Of a DNA stretch of 64,000 bases, positions 54,845 through 64,000 are shown piece after piece (positions within the stretch are counted from its first letter, which is position 1; the number at the start of each line of letters is the position of its first letter). A model generated the notes under the pieces. That model did not search any database. It was not told the origin of the DNA and worked only from the letters and a program-made list of their open reading frames with translations. Location of the stretch: contig JBBDRJ010000013.1 of NCBI GenBank assembly GCA_040905525.1, positions 231,919-295,918 on the forward strand, given 5' to 3'. The position numbers and the translations under genes were made by a program. Source of the stretch: Actinomycetota bacterium (GTDB lineage: Bacteria; Actinomycetota; JAICYB01).

Positions 54845-57800
54845 ATGAACGTCTTTGAGTTGCGGAAGCGTCTCATCAATGACTATTCGTCGTACGTCCG
54901 CAGCTTCATCAATATCCGCGATGAGCGAATCCGCCAGACGGTCGACCGCGACCTCGATGCGGGACTACTCTGGCCCGAGCCTCGTATCGGTCTGAACCCC
55001 TCGTTCGAAACGGGTGGCTGGATCGACGAACTCGTCGATTCCGGGCTCCTGCTCGAGGAGTGTCGCCGCATCTTCCGCATCCGCAAGACCGCCGAAGGTG
55101 CTGAAGGCGAACCAATGCGACTGCACCGCCATCAGGTCGATGCGATCAACGCCGCGAAGACGGGCAAGAACTACGTCCTCACGACGGGGACCGGTTCGGG
55201 CAAGAGCCTCGCGTACATCGTCCCGATCGTGGACCACGTCCTTCGCGCGGGTAGCGGTCGCGGCATAAAAGCGATCGTCGTGTATCCGATGAACGCACTG
55301 GCCAACAGCCAGGCCGGCGAGCTCACGAAGTTCCTCAGCTTCGGCTACCCGGATGGGAGGGGTCCGGTCACCTTCCGGAAGTACACGGGCCAGGAGTCCG
55401 ACGAGGAGCGCAACGAGATCATCGCGTCACCGCCAGACATCCTCTTGACGAACTACGTGATGCTCGAGCTGATCCTCACGCGCGTGAAGGAGAAGGGACT
55501 CATCCTCGCGGCTCGTGGCTTGCGGTTCCTTGTTCTGGATGAGCTCCACACGTACCGAGGCAGGCAGGGCGCGGATGTAGCACTGCTTGTCCGCCGGACG
55601 CGCGAAGCGTGCGAGGCACGAGAGCTCCAATGCGTCGGGACGTCCGCGACGCTCGCAACGCAGGGCTCCTTCCCGGAGCAGCGCGAAGAGATCGCGCGCG
55701 TCGCTTCGTTGCTCTTCGGTTCCGTAGTCCCCGACGAGAACGTGATCGGTGAGACCCTCAGGCGAGAGACGGGCGGCATCCCGAACGCAGAGCAACTGAC
55801 GACGCGGCTCGGCTCCCAAGCCGATCCGCCAGCTGACTACGACGGGTTCGTCGCCGATCCGCTGTCGTCGTGGATCGAGACGACGTTCGGCATCGAAGAG
55901 CGTGAAGGGCGCTTGGTCCGAACTCCTCCACGCGCGGTCGGCGGTCCCGGAGGCGCCGCCGAGCAGCTCAGCACGTTAACTGAAGTCGGCGCGGAGACGT
56001 GCCAGACCGCGATCGAGCGCCAGCTCCTCGCCGGGTACGGCGCGGAGAACCCCGACACCCGGTTCCCGGTGTTCGCCTTCCGGCTCCACCAGTTCATCAG
56101 CCGTGGCGACACCGCGTACGCGACGATCGAGCCAGAGGACGAGCGCTACATCACGACGCAACCACAACAGTTCGTTCCCGGCGATCGCAGCAAGCGCCTC
56201 TTCCCACTGGTCTTCTGTCGCGAGTGCGGTCAGGAGTACTACTCGGGACAACTCGCACAGCGCGAGGGCGCACCGGTTCTGGAGCAGCGCGATCCCGAGG
56301 AACGGATCGCGACCGAGGAGGAGGTCCCAGGCTACCTGTACTTCAACACCGCTTCGCCGTGGTCCGAGACCGACGAATCACGCGTCCCTGAGGACTGGAT
56401 CGAGGAGCGTCCGGACGGCAAGCGCATCCGTCTCGACCGACGCAAGTGGCTCCCCAAGCCTCTTGAGGTCGATCCGCTCGGGCACATCGACCGAGGCGGG
56501 CTACAAGGCCACTTCATCGAAGCGCCGTTCAGGTTCTGCTTGACGTGTGGTGTCACGTACGGTGGGAGGCTCAGACAGGACTTCACCAAGGTCGGGATGC
56601 TCGGCTCGGAAGGTCGAAGTACGGCGACGACGATCCTCAGCCAATCGGTCGTCCGGACGCTCCGGGAGATGGTCGAGGGCGCTCCCGAGAACGAGATCCA
56701 GAACGTCACACCGAAACTGCTTTCTTTCACCGACAACCGACAGGACGCGGCTCTTCAGGCCGGACACTTCAACGACTTTGTCGATGTGGGGCTTCTCCGG
56801 TCCGCGCTGTACAGAGCGGTACTCGCTGCCGGAACCCCGGGCCTCACACACGACGTGCTCACGCAGCGCGTCTTCGACGAGCTCGCACTTCCGTTCGAGA
56901 ACTATGCGGCCAATCCCGCGGCCGAGTTCAAAGCCCGGACCGACACCGAGCGCGCGCTGCGCGACGTCCTCGGCTACCGCTTGTACCTCGACCTTCGGCG
57001 GGGATGGCGCATCAGCTCGCCGAACCTGGAGCAGTGCGGGCTGCTCGAGGTCGCCTACGAATCGCTCGACGAGGTCTGCGAGGCGGAACGCGTCTGGAAC
57101 GACTGCCACGACGCGCTAGTGGGTGCGACCGCAGAGAGGCGGAAGCAAGTGTCGCGCACCCTTCTGGACCACATGCGCCGCGAGCTCGCGATCAAGGTCG
57201 ACTACCTGGGTGCCGACTTCCAGGAGCGCTTGCGTCAGACGTCGAGCCAACGGCTCATCTCCCCATGGGCGCTCGACGATCAAGAGGAGCCGGAGCACGC
57301 CGCGGTCATGCTGCCGCGCGCGCGGCGGCCCGACGACTACCGCGGCTGGAGCTACCTCTCGCCTCGCAGCGGGTTCGGCATCTACCTACGCCGCGAGCTC
57401 GGGTTCAAAGGTCTGGCGGACACCGAGGTCGTCACGAAGCAGCTCCTCGCCGCGCTGGAGCGTGGAGGGCTCGTCGAGAAGGTTCTCGAGACGAAGGACG
57501 ACGGTCCTGATGGCTACCAGATCCCGGCCTCAGCGTTCGTCTGGACGGCAGGCGACGGCACGCGAGCCTTCCATGACCCGATCCGTGTTCCGCATCCTTC
57601 GAAGGAAGGCGTTCGACCGAACCCGTTCTTCGTGGCCTTCTACAAGACGATCGCCGCGCAGGGTCGAGGCTTGCGAGCAGGTGAGCACACCGCCGCCGTG
57701 CCCTACGACAAGCGCATCGAGCGCGAGGAAGCGTTCAGGCAAGCACGCCTCCCCGTTCTGTTCTGCTCGCCGACGATGGAGCTCGGCGTCGACATCGCCG

Positions 57801-60010
57801 ACCTGAACATCGTCAACATGCGGAACGTCCCGCCGACTCCGGCCAACTACGCTCAGCGGTCAGGCCGCGCGGGACGGAGCGGCCAACCGGCGCTCGTGTT
57901 CACCTACTGCTCGGCCGGGAGTCCCCACGACCAGTACTTCTTCCGCCACCAGCAGGAGATGGTCTCCGGACAGGTAGCGCCGCCGCGGATCGACCTCACG
58001 AACGAGGACCTGATCCGTTCCCACGTTCATGCGATCTGGCTCACCGCAGCTGGGATGAGCCTCGGTGGATCGCTCAAGGACGTACTCGAGCTGTCGGGCG
58101 AGCCGCCGACGCTCCGCTTGCTCGACTACATCCAGGCAGATCTCTCGAAGCCGGAAGCCCGCGCGGCCGGCAGGGACAGATCCGCTCGCGTGCTCGCCGA
58201 CGTCGAGTCGCTGTTAGCGGGGTCAGACTGGTGGACCCCCGAGTGGTTGGACGACGTACTGAATGCGATGCCGCAATCGTTCGAGGCGGCGTGCGATCGG
58301 TGGCGCAGCCTATACAGCGCGGCCCGGAATCAAGCCGAGCTCCAGCACAAGATCATCATCGACCACTCTCGACAACCCGCCGACAAGCGCCAGGCGGAAC
58401 GGCTTCGCCGAGAGGCGGTCGCGCAGATGGATCTCCTCACCGCTGACACGGGCGACGCGCTCTTCCAATCCGACTTCTACAGCTACCGGTACTTCGCGAG
58501 CGAGGGCTTCCTGCCCGGCTACAGCTTCCCGCGGCTCCCGCTATCAGCGTTCGTGCCCGGCCGGCGTGGCACCCGTGGCACAGACGAGTTCCTCAACCGC
58601 CCTCGTTTCCTCGCCATCAGTGAGTTCGGCCCGCGCAACATCATCTATTACGAAGGTTCGAGGTTCGTAATCAACAAGGTGATCCTCCCGGTCGGAACGG
58701 AGGTCGAGGGGAGTGATCAACCCGTCCTCACGCGTTCGGTGAAGCAGTGCGACTCCTGCGGATACCTCCATCCTTTGGAGGGAGACGTCGGCCCGGATCT
58801 CTGTGAGGGATGCGGCGAGCCCCTCAACGCCGCGATGGACCACCTCTTCCGTCTGCAGAATGTCGCCACGAAACGCCGAGATCGCATCAACAGCGACGAG
58901 GAAGAGCGCACACGCCACGGTTACGACCTGCGTACGGGCCTCCGCTTCGCCCGCAAAGACGGGAGGACGCTGAAGCGGACGGCCTCGGTGCAGGCCGGCG
59001 ACACGGAGATCGGTCGCCTCGAGTACGGCCACACAGCAACGCTCTGGCGGATCAACCTGGGCTGGCGTCGCCGGGCCAACAAGCACGAGCACGGGTTCGT
59101 GCTCGACATGGAGCGCGGTTTCTGGGCGAGACGACAGGACGACCCTGTCAACGACGATCCCGACGACCCAATGAGCGCGAGGACGATGCGCGTGATCCCG
59201 TTCGTCGAGGATCGGAAGAACTGTCTCACCCTGGAGCTCGGCGATCGCGCCTCGGCCGAGCTTCTTTCATCGCTCCAGGCCGCGTTGAAGAACGCGATCA
59301 CGGTGACCTATCAACTGGAGGACCACGAGTTGGCCGCCGAGCCTTTGCCGTCGCCGCAGGATCGGCGTCGACTGCTCATCTACGAGGCATCGGAGGGCGG
59401 GGCCGGCGTTCTCCGCAGACTCGTCGAAGACCCGGGCGCACTCGGCGTCGTCGCGAAGCGAGCTCTGGAGCTCTGCCACTACGACCCAGAAACCTTCGAA
59501 GACCGAGGACGCGCGCCGGGCGCAACGGAGGCTTGCGAAGCGGCTTGCTACGACTGCCTGATGAGCTATATGAACCAACCGGAGCACCGGCTCCTCGACC
59601 GCAAGCTCGTGAAGGACCTGCTCGTGAATCTCGCGGGCGCACGCATCATGACGTCGCCTGTACAGATCGGTCGTGGCGAGCACCTCGACCGACTCAAGCG
59701 CGTCGCAGCATCGGAGCTTGAGCGGCGCTGGCTCGACTTCATCGACGGAGCCGGGCACACCCTTCCCGATCGGGCGGGCACGCTCCTCGAAGCGGCCGGG
59801 ACGAGGCCCGACTTCCTGTACGACAGCGACTTCGCGGCGATCTACATCGACGGCCCGCCGCACGACTTCCCCGATCGGCAGGTACGCGACCGTGAGAAAC
59901 ACGCACGACTCGAGGACCTCGGCTACACCGTGATCCGTTTCGCCGCGGATGCGCAGTGGGCCGAGCTCATCGGCCGCTATCCGTGGGTGTTTGGCAAGAG
60001 GAACGGATGA
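54845..60010 (+). CDS. Giant DExH-box helicase fused to DUF1998-like module and C-terminal DUF559/Vsr-like nuclease domain (DrmA+DrmB-like or DruE-like)
   Basis: Helicase motifs I TGTGSGKSLAYIVPIV, II FLVLDELHTYRG, VI ANYAQRSGRAGRSG. DUF1998-like region YSYRYFASEGFLPGYSFPRLP plus a zinc ribbon CDSCGYLHP...CEGCGEP. C-terminal AIYIDGPPHDF...HARLEDLGYTVIRF. RBS ggaggg before ATG 54845 (alternative GTG at 54827). Confidence 0.8.
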   Translation: MNVFELRKRLINDYSSYVRSFINIRDERIRQTVDRDLDAGLLWPEPRIGLNPSFETGGWIDELVDSGLLLEECRRIFRIRKTAEGAEGEPMRLHRHQVDAINAAKTGKNYVLTTGTGSGKSLAYIVPIVDHVLRAGSGRGIKAIVVYPMNALANSQAGELTKFLSFGYPDGRGPVTFRKYTGQESDEERNEIIASPPDILLTNYVMLELILTRVKEKGLILAARGLRFLVLDELHTYRGRQGADVALLVRRTREACEARELQCVGTSATLATQGSFPEQREEIARVASLLFGSVVPDENVIGETLRRETGGIPNAEQLTTRLGSQADPPADYDGFVADPLSSWIETTFGIEEREGRLVRTPPRAVGGPGGAAEQLSTLTEVGAETCQTAIERQLLAGYGAENPDTRFPVFAFRLHQFISRGDTAYATIEPEDERYITTQPQQFVPGDRSKRLFPLVFCRECGQEYYSGQLAQREGAPVLEQRDPEERIATEEEVPGYLYFNTASPWSETDESRVPEDWIEERPDGKRIRLDRRKWLPKPLEVDPLGHIDRGGLQGHFIEAPFRFCLTCGVTYGGRLRQDFTKVGMLGSEGRSTATTILSQSVVRTLREMVEGAPENEIQNVTPKLLSFTDNRQDAALQAGHFNDFVDVGLLRSALYRAVLAAGTPGLTHDVLTQRVFDELALPFENYAANPAAEFKARTDTERALRDVLGYRLYLDLRRGWRISSPNLEQCGLLEVAYESLDEVCEAERVWNDCHDALVGATAERRKQVSRTLLDHMRRELAIKVDYLGADFQERLRQTSSQRLISPWALDDQEEPEHAAVMLPRARRPDDYRGWSYLSPRSGFGIYLRRELGFKGLADTEVVTKQLLAALERGGLVEKVLETKDDGPDGYQIPASAFVWTAGDGTRAFHDPIRVPHPSKEGVRPNPFFVAFYKTIAAQGRGLRAGEHTAAVPYDKRIEREEAFRQARLPVLFCSPTMELGVDIADLNIVNMRNVPPTPANYAQRSGRAGRSGQPALVFTYCSAGSPHDQYFFRHQQEMVSGQVAPPRIDLTNEDLIRSHVHAIWLTAAGMSLGGSLKDVLELSGEPPTLRLLDYIQADLSKPEARAAGRDRSARVLADVESLLAGSDWWTPEWLDDVLNAMPQSFEAACDRWRSLYSAARNQAELQHKIIIDHSRQPADKRQAERLRREAVAQMDLLTADTGDALFQSDFYSYRYFASEGFLPGYSFPRLPLSAFVPGRRGTRGTDEFLNRPRFLAISEFGPRNIIYYEGSRFVINKVILPVGTEVEGSDQPVLTRSVKQCDSCGYLHPLEGDVGPDLCEGCGEPLNAAMDHLFRLQNVATKRRDRINSDEEERTRHGYDLRTGLRFARKDGRTLKRTASVQAGDTEIGRLEYGHTATLWRINLGWRRRANKHEHGFVLDMERGFWARRQDDPVNDDPDDPMSARTMRVIPFVEDRKNCLTLELGDRASAELLSSLQAALKNAITVTYQLEDHELAAEPLPSPQDRRRLLIYEASEGGAGVLRRLVEDPGALGVVAKRALELCHYDPETFEDRGRAPGATEACEAACYDCLMSYMNQPEHRLLDRKLVKDLLVNLAGARIMTSPVQIGRGEHLDRLKRVAASELERRWLDFIDGAGHTLPDRAGTLLEAAGTRPDFLYDSDFAAIYIDGPPHDFPDRQVRDREKHARLEDLGYTVIRFAADAQWAELIGRYPWVFGKRNG

Positions 60011-62811
60011 GCTTCGCTGTCGGAACGCTCGTCAGAGCCCGCGGACGCGAATGGGTCGTTCTCCCTGAGTCGGAGGGGGATCTACTCGTCTTGCGACCGC
60101 TCGGCGGGACGGACGAAGAGGTCGCCGGTGTTCTGACATCGATCGAGGACGTCGAGCCGGCGACATTCGCGCTGCCCGATCCGGAGCGCGTCGGCGACTT
60201 CGTCTCGGCCCGTCTGCTGCGTGATGCGCTCCGGCTCGGTTTCCGGTCGTCAGCAGGCCCGTTCCGCTCGTTCGGACGGATTGCGGTCGACCCTCGTCCG
60301 TATCAGCTCGTTCCGTTACTCATGGCTCTGCGGATGGACCCCGTTCGGCTTCTCATTGCCGACGACGTCGGCATCGGGAAGACCGTGGAAGCCGGGTTGA
60401 TCGCTCGTGAGCTGCTGGACCGGGGCCTCGCGAAGCGGATGGCGGTGCTGTGCCCGCCGCACCTCGCGGAGCAGTGGCAGAACGAGCTCGCGTCGAAGTT
60501 CCATCTGGACGCCGAACTCGTGCTCGCATCGACCGCATCACGGCTCGAGCGAGGCCTTCCGCGCGACCTCACGATCTTCGACGTGAATCCGTGGGTCATC
60601 GTGTCGACCGACTTCATCAAGGCGGAGCGACGACGGCACGAGTTCCAGCGGACGTGCCCGGAGCTCGTGATCGTCGACGAGGCGCACACGTGCGCGTTCG
60701 ATCCAGCGACGCGGAGCGCCCGTCACCAGCGCCACGAGCTCATCAAGGGACTCACGTCGGACGAGAGCAGACACCTCATCCTCGTCACGGCGACACCGCA
60801 CAGTGGCAACGAGGGAGCGTTCCGTTCGCTCCTCGAGCTGCTGGACCCGAAGCTCGGCGCGCTGCCCGAAGATCTCAGCGGGCCGGAGAACCAGCGACAC
60901 CGCCGCGAGCTCGCGCGTTACCTCGTCCAGCGGCAGCGCGGCGACATCAAGCACTTCCTCGGTGACACCCCGTTCCCAGATCGAGAAGAAGGGGAAGCTG
61001 ACTACCGCTTGAGTCCCGAGTACCGGAAGCTCTTCGACCGGGTCGTCGACTACGCCCGCGAGACCGTGCGGGACCCGGCCGGCGGCGCCCATCGCCAGCG
61101 TGTCCGTTGGTGGTCGGCGCTCGCTCTGCTGCGGTCGATGGCATCGAGCCCAGCGGCGGCGGCCGCGACACTCCGCGAACGATCGAAGACCGCGGACACC
61201 GACAGCGTCGACCGGGCGGACGAGATCGGTCGGCGCGAGATCCTCGATGAGGGCGACACCGAAGAGGACGAGGTCTCCGATGTCACGCCCGGCGGGGACT
61301 TCAGTGAGAACGGTGACGCCAAAGGTCCTCGCAAGCGGCTGCTCGGGTTCGCTCGCGAGGCGGACAAGCTGTGCGGCGACAAGGACGCCAAGCTCATCAA
61401 GGCCGTCGCGCTCATCAAGGGTCTCTTGAAAGACGGCTATAGCCCGATCGTGTTCTGCAGGTACATCCCGACCGCGGACTACCTCGCGGCCGAACTGCGT
61501 AAGCGGCTCGCTAAGACGGTCACGGTCGAGGCGGTGACGGGTCGGCTGCCCGCGCCGGAGCGCGAAGCGCGGGTCGATGCGCTCGGAGAGAGCGAACCCC
61601 GTGTGCTCGTCGCCACGGACTGCCTCTCGGAAGGGATCAACCTCCAGGACCATTTCGACGCCGTGCTGCACTACGACCTCTCGTGGAACCCAACCCGTCA
61701 CGAGCAACGCGCGGGCCGCGTCGACCGGTTCGGCCAGAGTCGCGACTTCGTCCGTGTGCTGACGTACTACGGGACGGACAACAGGATCGACGGCATCGTG
61801 CTGGACGTCCTACTGCGCAAGCACGAAGCCATTCGGAAGCGCTTGGGCGTGTCGGTGCCGGTGCCGGCCAATTCGCAGAGCGTCGTCGAGGCGATCCTCG
61901 AGGGGTTGCTCCTCCGGAGGGAGGAACAGGCCGGCCTGGAGCAGCTCGTCCTGTCCGAGGAGATGTTCCAGCCGGAACGTCACGGCCTGCACGACGACTG
62001 GGAGCAGGCGGCCGAACGCGAGAGGCGCTCGCGCTCGATCTTCGCTCAGGAGTCAATCAAGGTCGAAGAGGTCGCCGCCGAGTTGGACGAGGCACGAGCC
62101 GCCGTGGGCGGTGGCGCAGACCTGGCCGACTTCGTCCGTTCGGCACTGAAGGTCCATCGTGCCGTCGTGTCGGGAACCGATCCGGTGAGGATCGATCTGA
62201 AGGACGTCCCGCGCGCGCTCAAGGATCTCCTCGGCGAGTCGGGGAGTCTCACCGCGACATTCGAGCCCGCGGGCAACGCAGACATGTACCTCCAGCGGAC
62301 CCATCCGTTCGTCGAAGGCCTCGCCTCCTACGTCATCGACTCCGCACTCGATCCGGTCGGTGATGGCGTCGCTCGGAGATGCGGCGCCATCCGCACGAAA
62401 GCCGTTACGTCACGCACCACGCTGTTGCTGTGCCGCCTCCGCATGCACCTCATCACGGTGCGAGAAGGCACGGAACACGCGCTGCTCGCCGAAGATGCGG
62501 CGTTGATGGCCTTCGAGGGATCACCGGAGTCACCCAATTGGCTCGATCCGAACGCCGCCGAAGCTCTCCTCGACACGAAGCCGGACGCCAACGTCCCGGC
62601 CGGTCAGGCCACGGAGTTCGTCCGCAAAGTGATCGATGCCTACGACCGATGGGCAACGGCACTCGACGCGCACGCGAAGTCCCGAGCCGAGGAGCTCCTC
62701 GACGCGCACAAGCGGGTTCGCGCGGCGACGCGGTCAACCGGCGTTCGGTACACCGTTGAACCCCAGCTCCCACCGGACATCCTTGGCATCTACGTCTTCT
62801 TGCCGGCCTGA
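60007..62811 (+). CDS. SNF2-family helicase (DrmD-like)
   Basis: LIADDVGIGKTVEAG (Walker A), ELVIVDEAHTCA (DEAH box), LILVTATPHSGNEG, C-terminal helicase motifs LVATDCLSEGINLQDHFDAVLHYDLSWNPTRHEQRAGRVDRFGQ. ATGA overlap with the upstream gene. Confidence 0.85.
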   Translation: MSFAVGTLVRARGREWVVLPESEGDLLVLRPLGGTDEEVAGVLTSIEDVEPATFALPDPERVGDFVSARLLRDALRLGFRSSAGPFRSFGRIAVDPRPYQLVPLLMALRMDPVRLLIADDVGIGKTVEAGLIARELLDRGLAKRMAVLCPPHLAEQWQNELASKFHLDAELVLASTASRLERGLPRDLTIFDVNPWVIVSTDFIKAERRRHEFQRTCPELVIVDEAHTCAFDPATRSARHQRHELIKGLTSDESRHLILVTATPHSGNEGAFRSLLELLDPKLGALPEDLSGPENQRHRRELARYLVQRQRGDIKHFLGDTPFPDREEGEADYRLSPEYRKLFDRVVDYARETVRDPAGGAHRQRVRWWSALALLRSMASSPAAAAATLRERSKTADTDSVDRADEIGRREILDEGDTEEDEVSDVTPGGDFSENGDAKGPRKRLLGFAREADKLCGDKDAKLIKAVALIKGLLKDGYSPIVFCRYIPTADYLAAELRKRLAKTVTVEAVTGRLPAPEREARVDALGESEPRVLVATDCLSEGINLQDHFDAVLHYDLSWNPTRHEQRAGRVDRFGQSRDFVRVLTYYGTDNRIDGIVLDVLLRKHEAIRKRLGVSVPVPANSQSVVEAILEGLLLRREEQAGLEQLVLSEEMFQPERHGLHDDWEQAAERERRSRSIFAQESIKVEEVAAELDEARAAVGGGADLADFVRSALKVHRAVVSGTDPVRIDLKDVPRALKDLLGESGSLTATFEPAGNADMYLQRTHPFVEGLASYVIDSALDPVGDGVARRCGAIRTKAVTSRTTLLLCRLRMHLITVREGTEHALLAEDAALMAFEGSPESPNWLDPNAAEALLDTKPDANVPAGQATEFVRKVIDAYDRWATALDAHAKSRAEELLDAHKRVRAATRSTGVRYTVEPQLPPDILGIYVFLPA

Positions 62812-62815
62812 CCTG

Positions 62816-64000
62816 ATGGCACGTAAGCCGCTCTTTGCGACGATCCGCACCGAAGGCGGGTTGCTGCCATCGGACCTCCTCGCGCGAGTAGCGAGCGATG
62901 ACCGCGACCTGCCGGGACTGGGTCCTGAGGACTACCACCTGGCGAAGGGCGAGCGGATCGGCGAGGCCATCACGAGGTCATGGAACCGGCTGATCGGCGC
63001 CTGGGCATCCTTGCGGACCCACCTTGGCGAGACGAAGTCGGACGACGCCGCGACCGGACTTACCCGAGACCGTTTCCTGCTCCCGTTGTTCGCCGAGCTC
63101 GGCTTCGGGCGCCTGGCCCCATCGAAGGGGATCGCGGTCGGCGACGCGAGCTTCCCCGTCTCTCACGCGTGGGGCGCGGTCCCGATCCATCTCGTCGGGG
63201 CTCGCGTCGACCTCGACCGTCGCACCGCCGGCGTCGCGGGCGCCGCGCGGAGCTCGCCGCACTCGCTCGTGCAGGACCTACTCAACCGGTCCGACGAGTA
63301 CCTGTGGGGCATCGTCGCGAACGGTGAGCGGCTGCGGTTGCTGCGGGACAACTCGTCGATGACTAGGCAAGCGTTCGTCGAGTTCGATCTGGTCGCCATG
63401 TTCGAGGGCGAGGTCTACGCCGACTTCGTCGTGCTGTGGCTGACTTGCCACCAGTCACGTTTCGAGGCCGAGCGTCCGGAAGCGTGCCTTCTTGAGCGAT
63501 GGACGCAAGCTGCTGTTGAGCAGGGAACGCGCGCCCTCGAACAGCTCAGGGACGGCGTCGAGCGAGCCATCCAAGATCTGGGCCAGGGGCTCCTCTCGAA
63601 TGCCTCGAATGGCGCGCTGCGAGATCGCCTGCGCTCTGGCGAACTGTCGACGCAGGACTACTACCGGCAACTCCTGCGTGTGGTGTACCGGTTGCTGTTC
63701 CTCTTCGCCGCCGAGGACCGCAACCTCCTTCTCACGAGGGAGCACGACGCTGACGCCTCGCGGGAGCGATACGTGCGCTACTATTCAACAACCCGGTTGC
63801 GTTCTCTCGCGCGAACACGACGAGGTTCGACGCATCCGGACCTGTGGCGAGCGCTGCGGGTCGTGATGGACGCCCTGGGTAGCGAAGGTCGACCCGAGCT
63901 CGGCCTTCCCGTGCTAGGCAGCTTCCTTTGGTCGAAGGAAGCCGTCGGCGCTCTCGAAGGCTGTGAGATCGCGAACAAGGATCTTCTCGCTGCCGTTGCG
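62816..64000 (+). CDS. N-terminal part of a large DNA methyltransferase/type IIG-like protein (PglX/DrmMI family candidate), 3' partial
   Basis: Frame 2 is open from ATG 62816 to the window end (395 codons). The N-terminal helical region with LRLLRDNSSMTRQAFVEFDL is reminiscent of the N-domain of PglX/MmeI-like enzymes. The catalytic motifs would lie beyond the window. Confidence 0.45.
   Translation, partial: MARKPLFATIRTEGGLLPSDLLARVASDDRDLPGLGPEDYHLAKGERIGEAITRSWNRLIGAWASLRTHLGETKSDDAATGLTRDRFLLPLFAELGFGRLAPSKGIAVGDASFPVSHAWGAVPIHLVGARVDLDRRTAGVAGAARSSPHSLVQDLLNRSDEYLWGIVANGERLRLLRDNSSMTRQAFVEFDLVAMFEGEVYADFVVLWLTCHQSRFEAERPEACLLERWTQAAVEQGTRALEQLRDGVERAIQDLGQGLLSNASNGALRDRLRSGELSTQDYYRQLLRVVYRLLFLFAAEDRNLLLTREHDADASRERYVRYYSTTRLRSLARTRRGSTHPDLWRALRVVMDALGSEGRPELGLPVLGSFLWSKEAVGALEGCEIANKDLLAAVA

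Noticed and set aside
60538-61707. 389-aa minus-strand ORF inside the SNF2 gene
   Set aside because: Antisense to a gene with unambiguous helicase motifs.

Overview
This is a high-GC window that looks like an actinobacterial chromosome, with dense coding and frequent 4-bp stop/start overlaps. The first ~41 kb is core metabolism. It contains a partial class III adenylate cyclase operon (secreted protein, pterin carbinolamine dehydratase, MFS transporter), a WS/DGAT, paired acyl-CoA dehydrogenases, an ABC-2 transporter, and an amino-sugar and glycolipid catabolic cluster (S1 protease, GH84, ceramidase-like, Gfo/Idh/MocA, DegT aminotransferase, NagA). Further along are an L,D-transpeptidase, an F420-type LLM oxidoreductase, a GH3 glucosidase, a CDGSH protein, a PrpE-like CoA ligase, two blue-copper lipoproteins, a UbiB kinase, a DUF222-HNH protein, an ATP-dependent DNA ligase and an enoyl-CoA hydratase. 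At 35-41 kb there is an unusual cassette of three tandem paralogous secreted Calx-beta proteins with a conserved C-terminal anchor motif, bracketed by two paralogous FAD oxidoreductases. From ~41 kb onward the sequence is lower in GC and mosaic, and reads as an accessory and defense island. It carries a 41-bp direct repeat around a yjbQ segment, an RHH/MazF toxin-antitoxin pair, a DUF2075 nuclease-ATPase with HNH and NERD proteins, a DUF433/DUF5615 pair, an XRE regulator and a PIN protein with a 300-aa partner. At 54.8-64 kb is a DISARM class-1-like locus. It comprises a giant helicase-DUF1998 protein with a C-terminal DUF559-like nuclease domain, an SNF2 helicase, and the N-terminal part of a large PglX/DrmMI-type methyltransferase. 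I detected no rRNA, tRNA or CRISPR array by eye.
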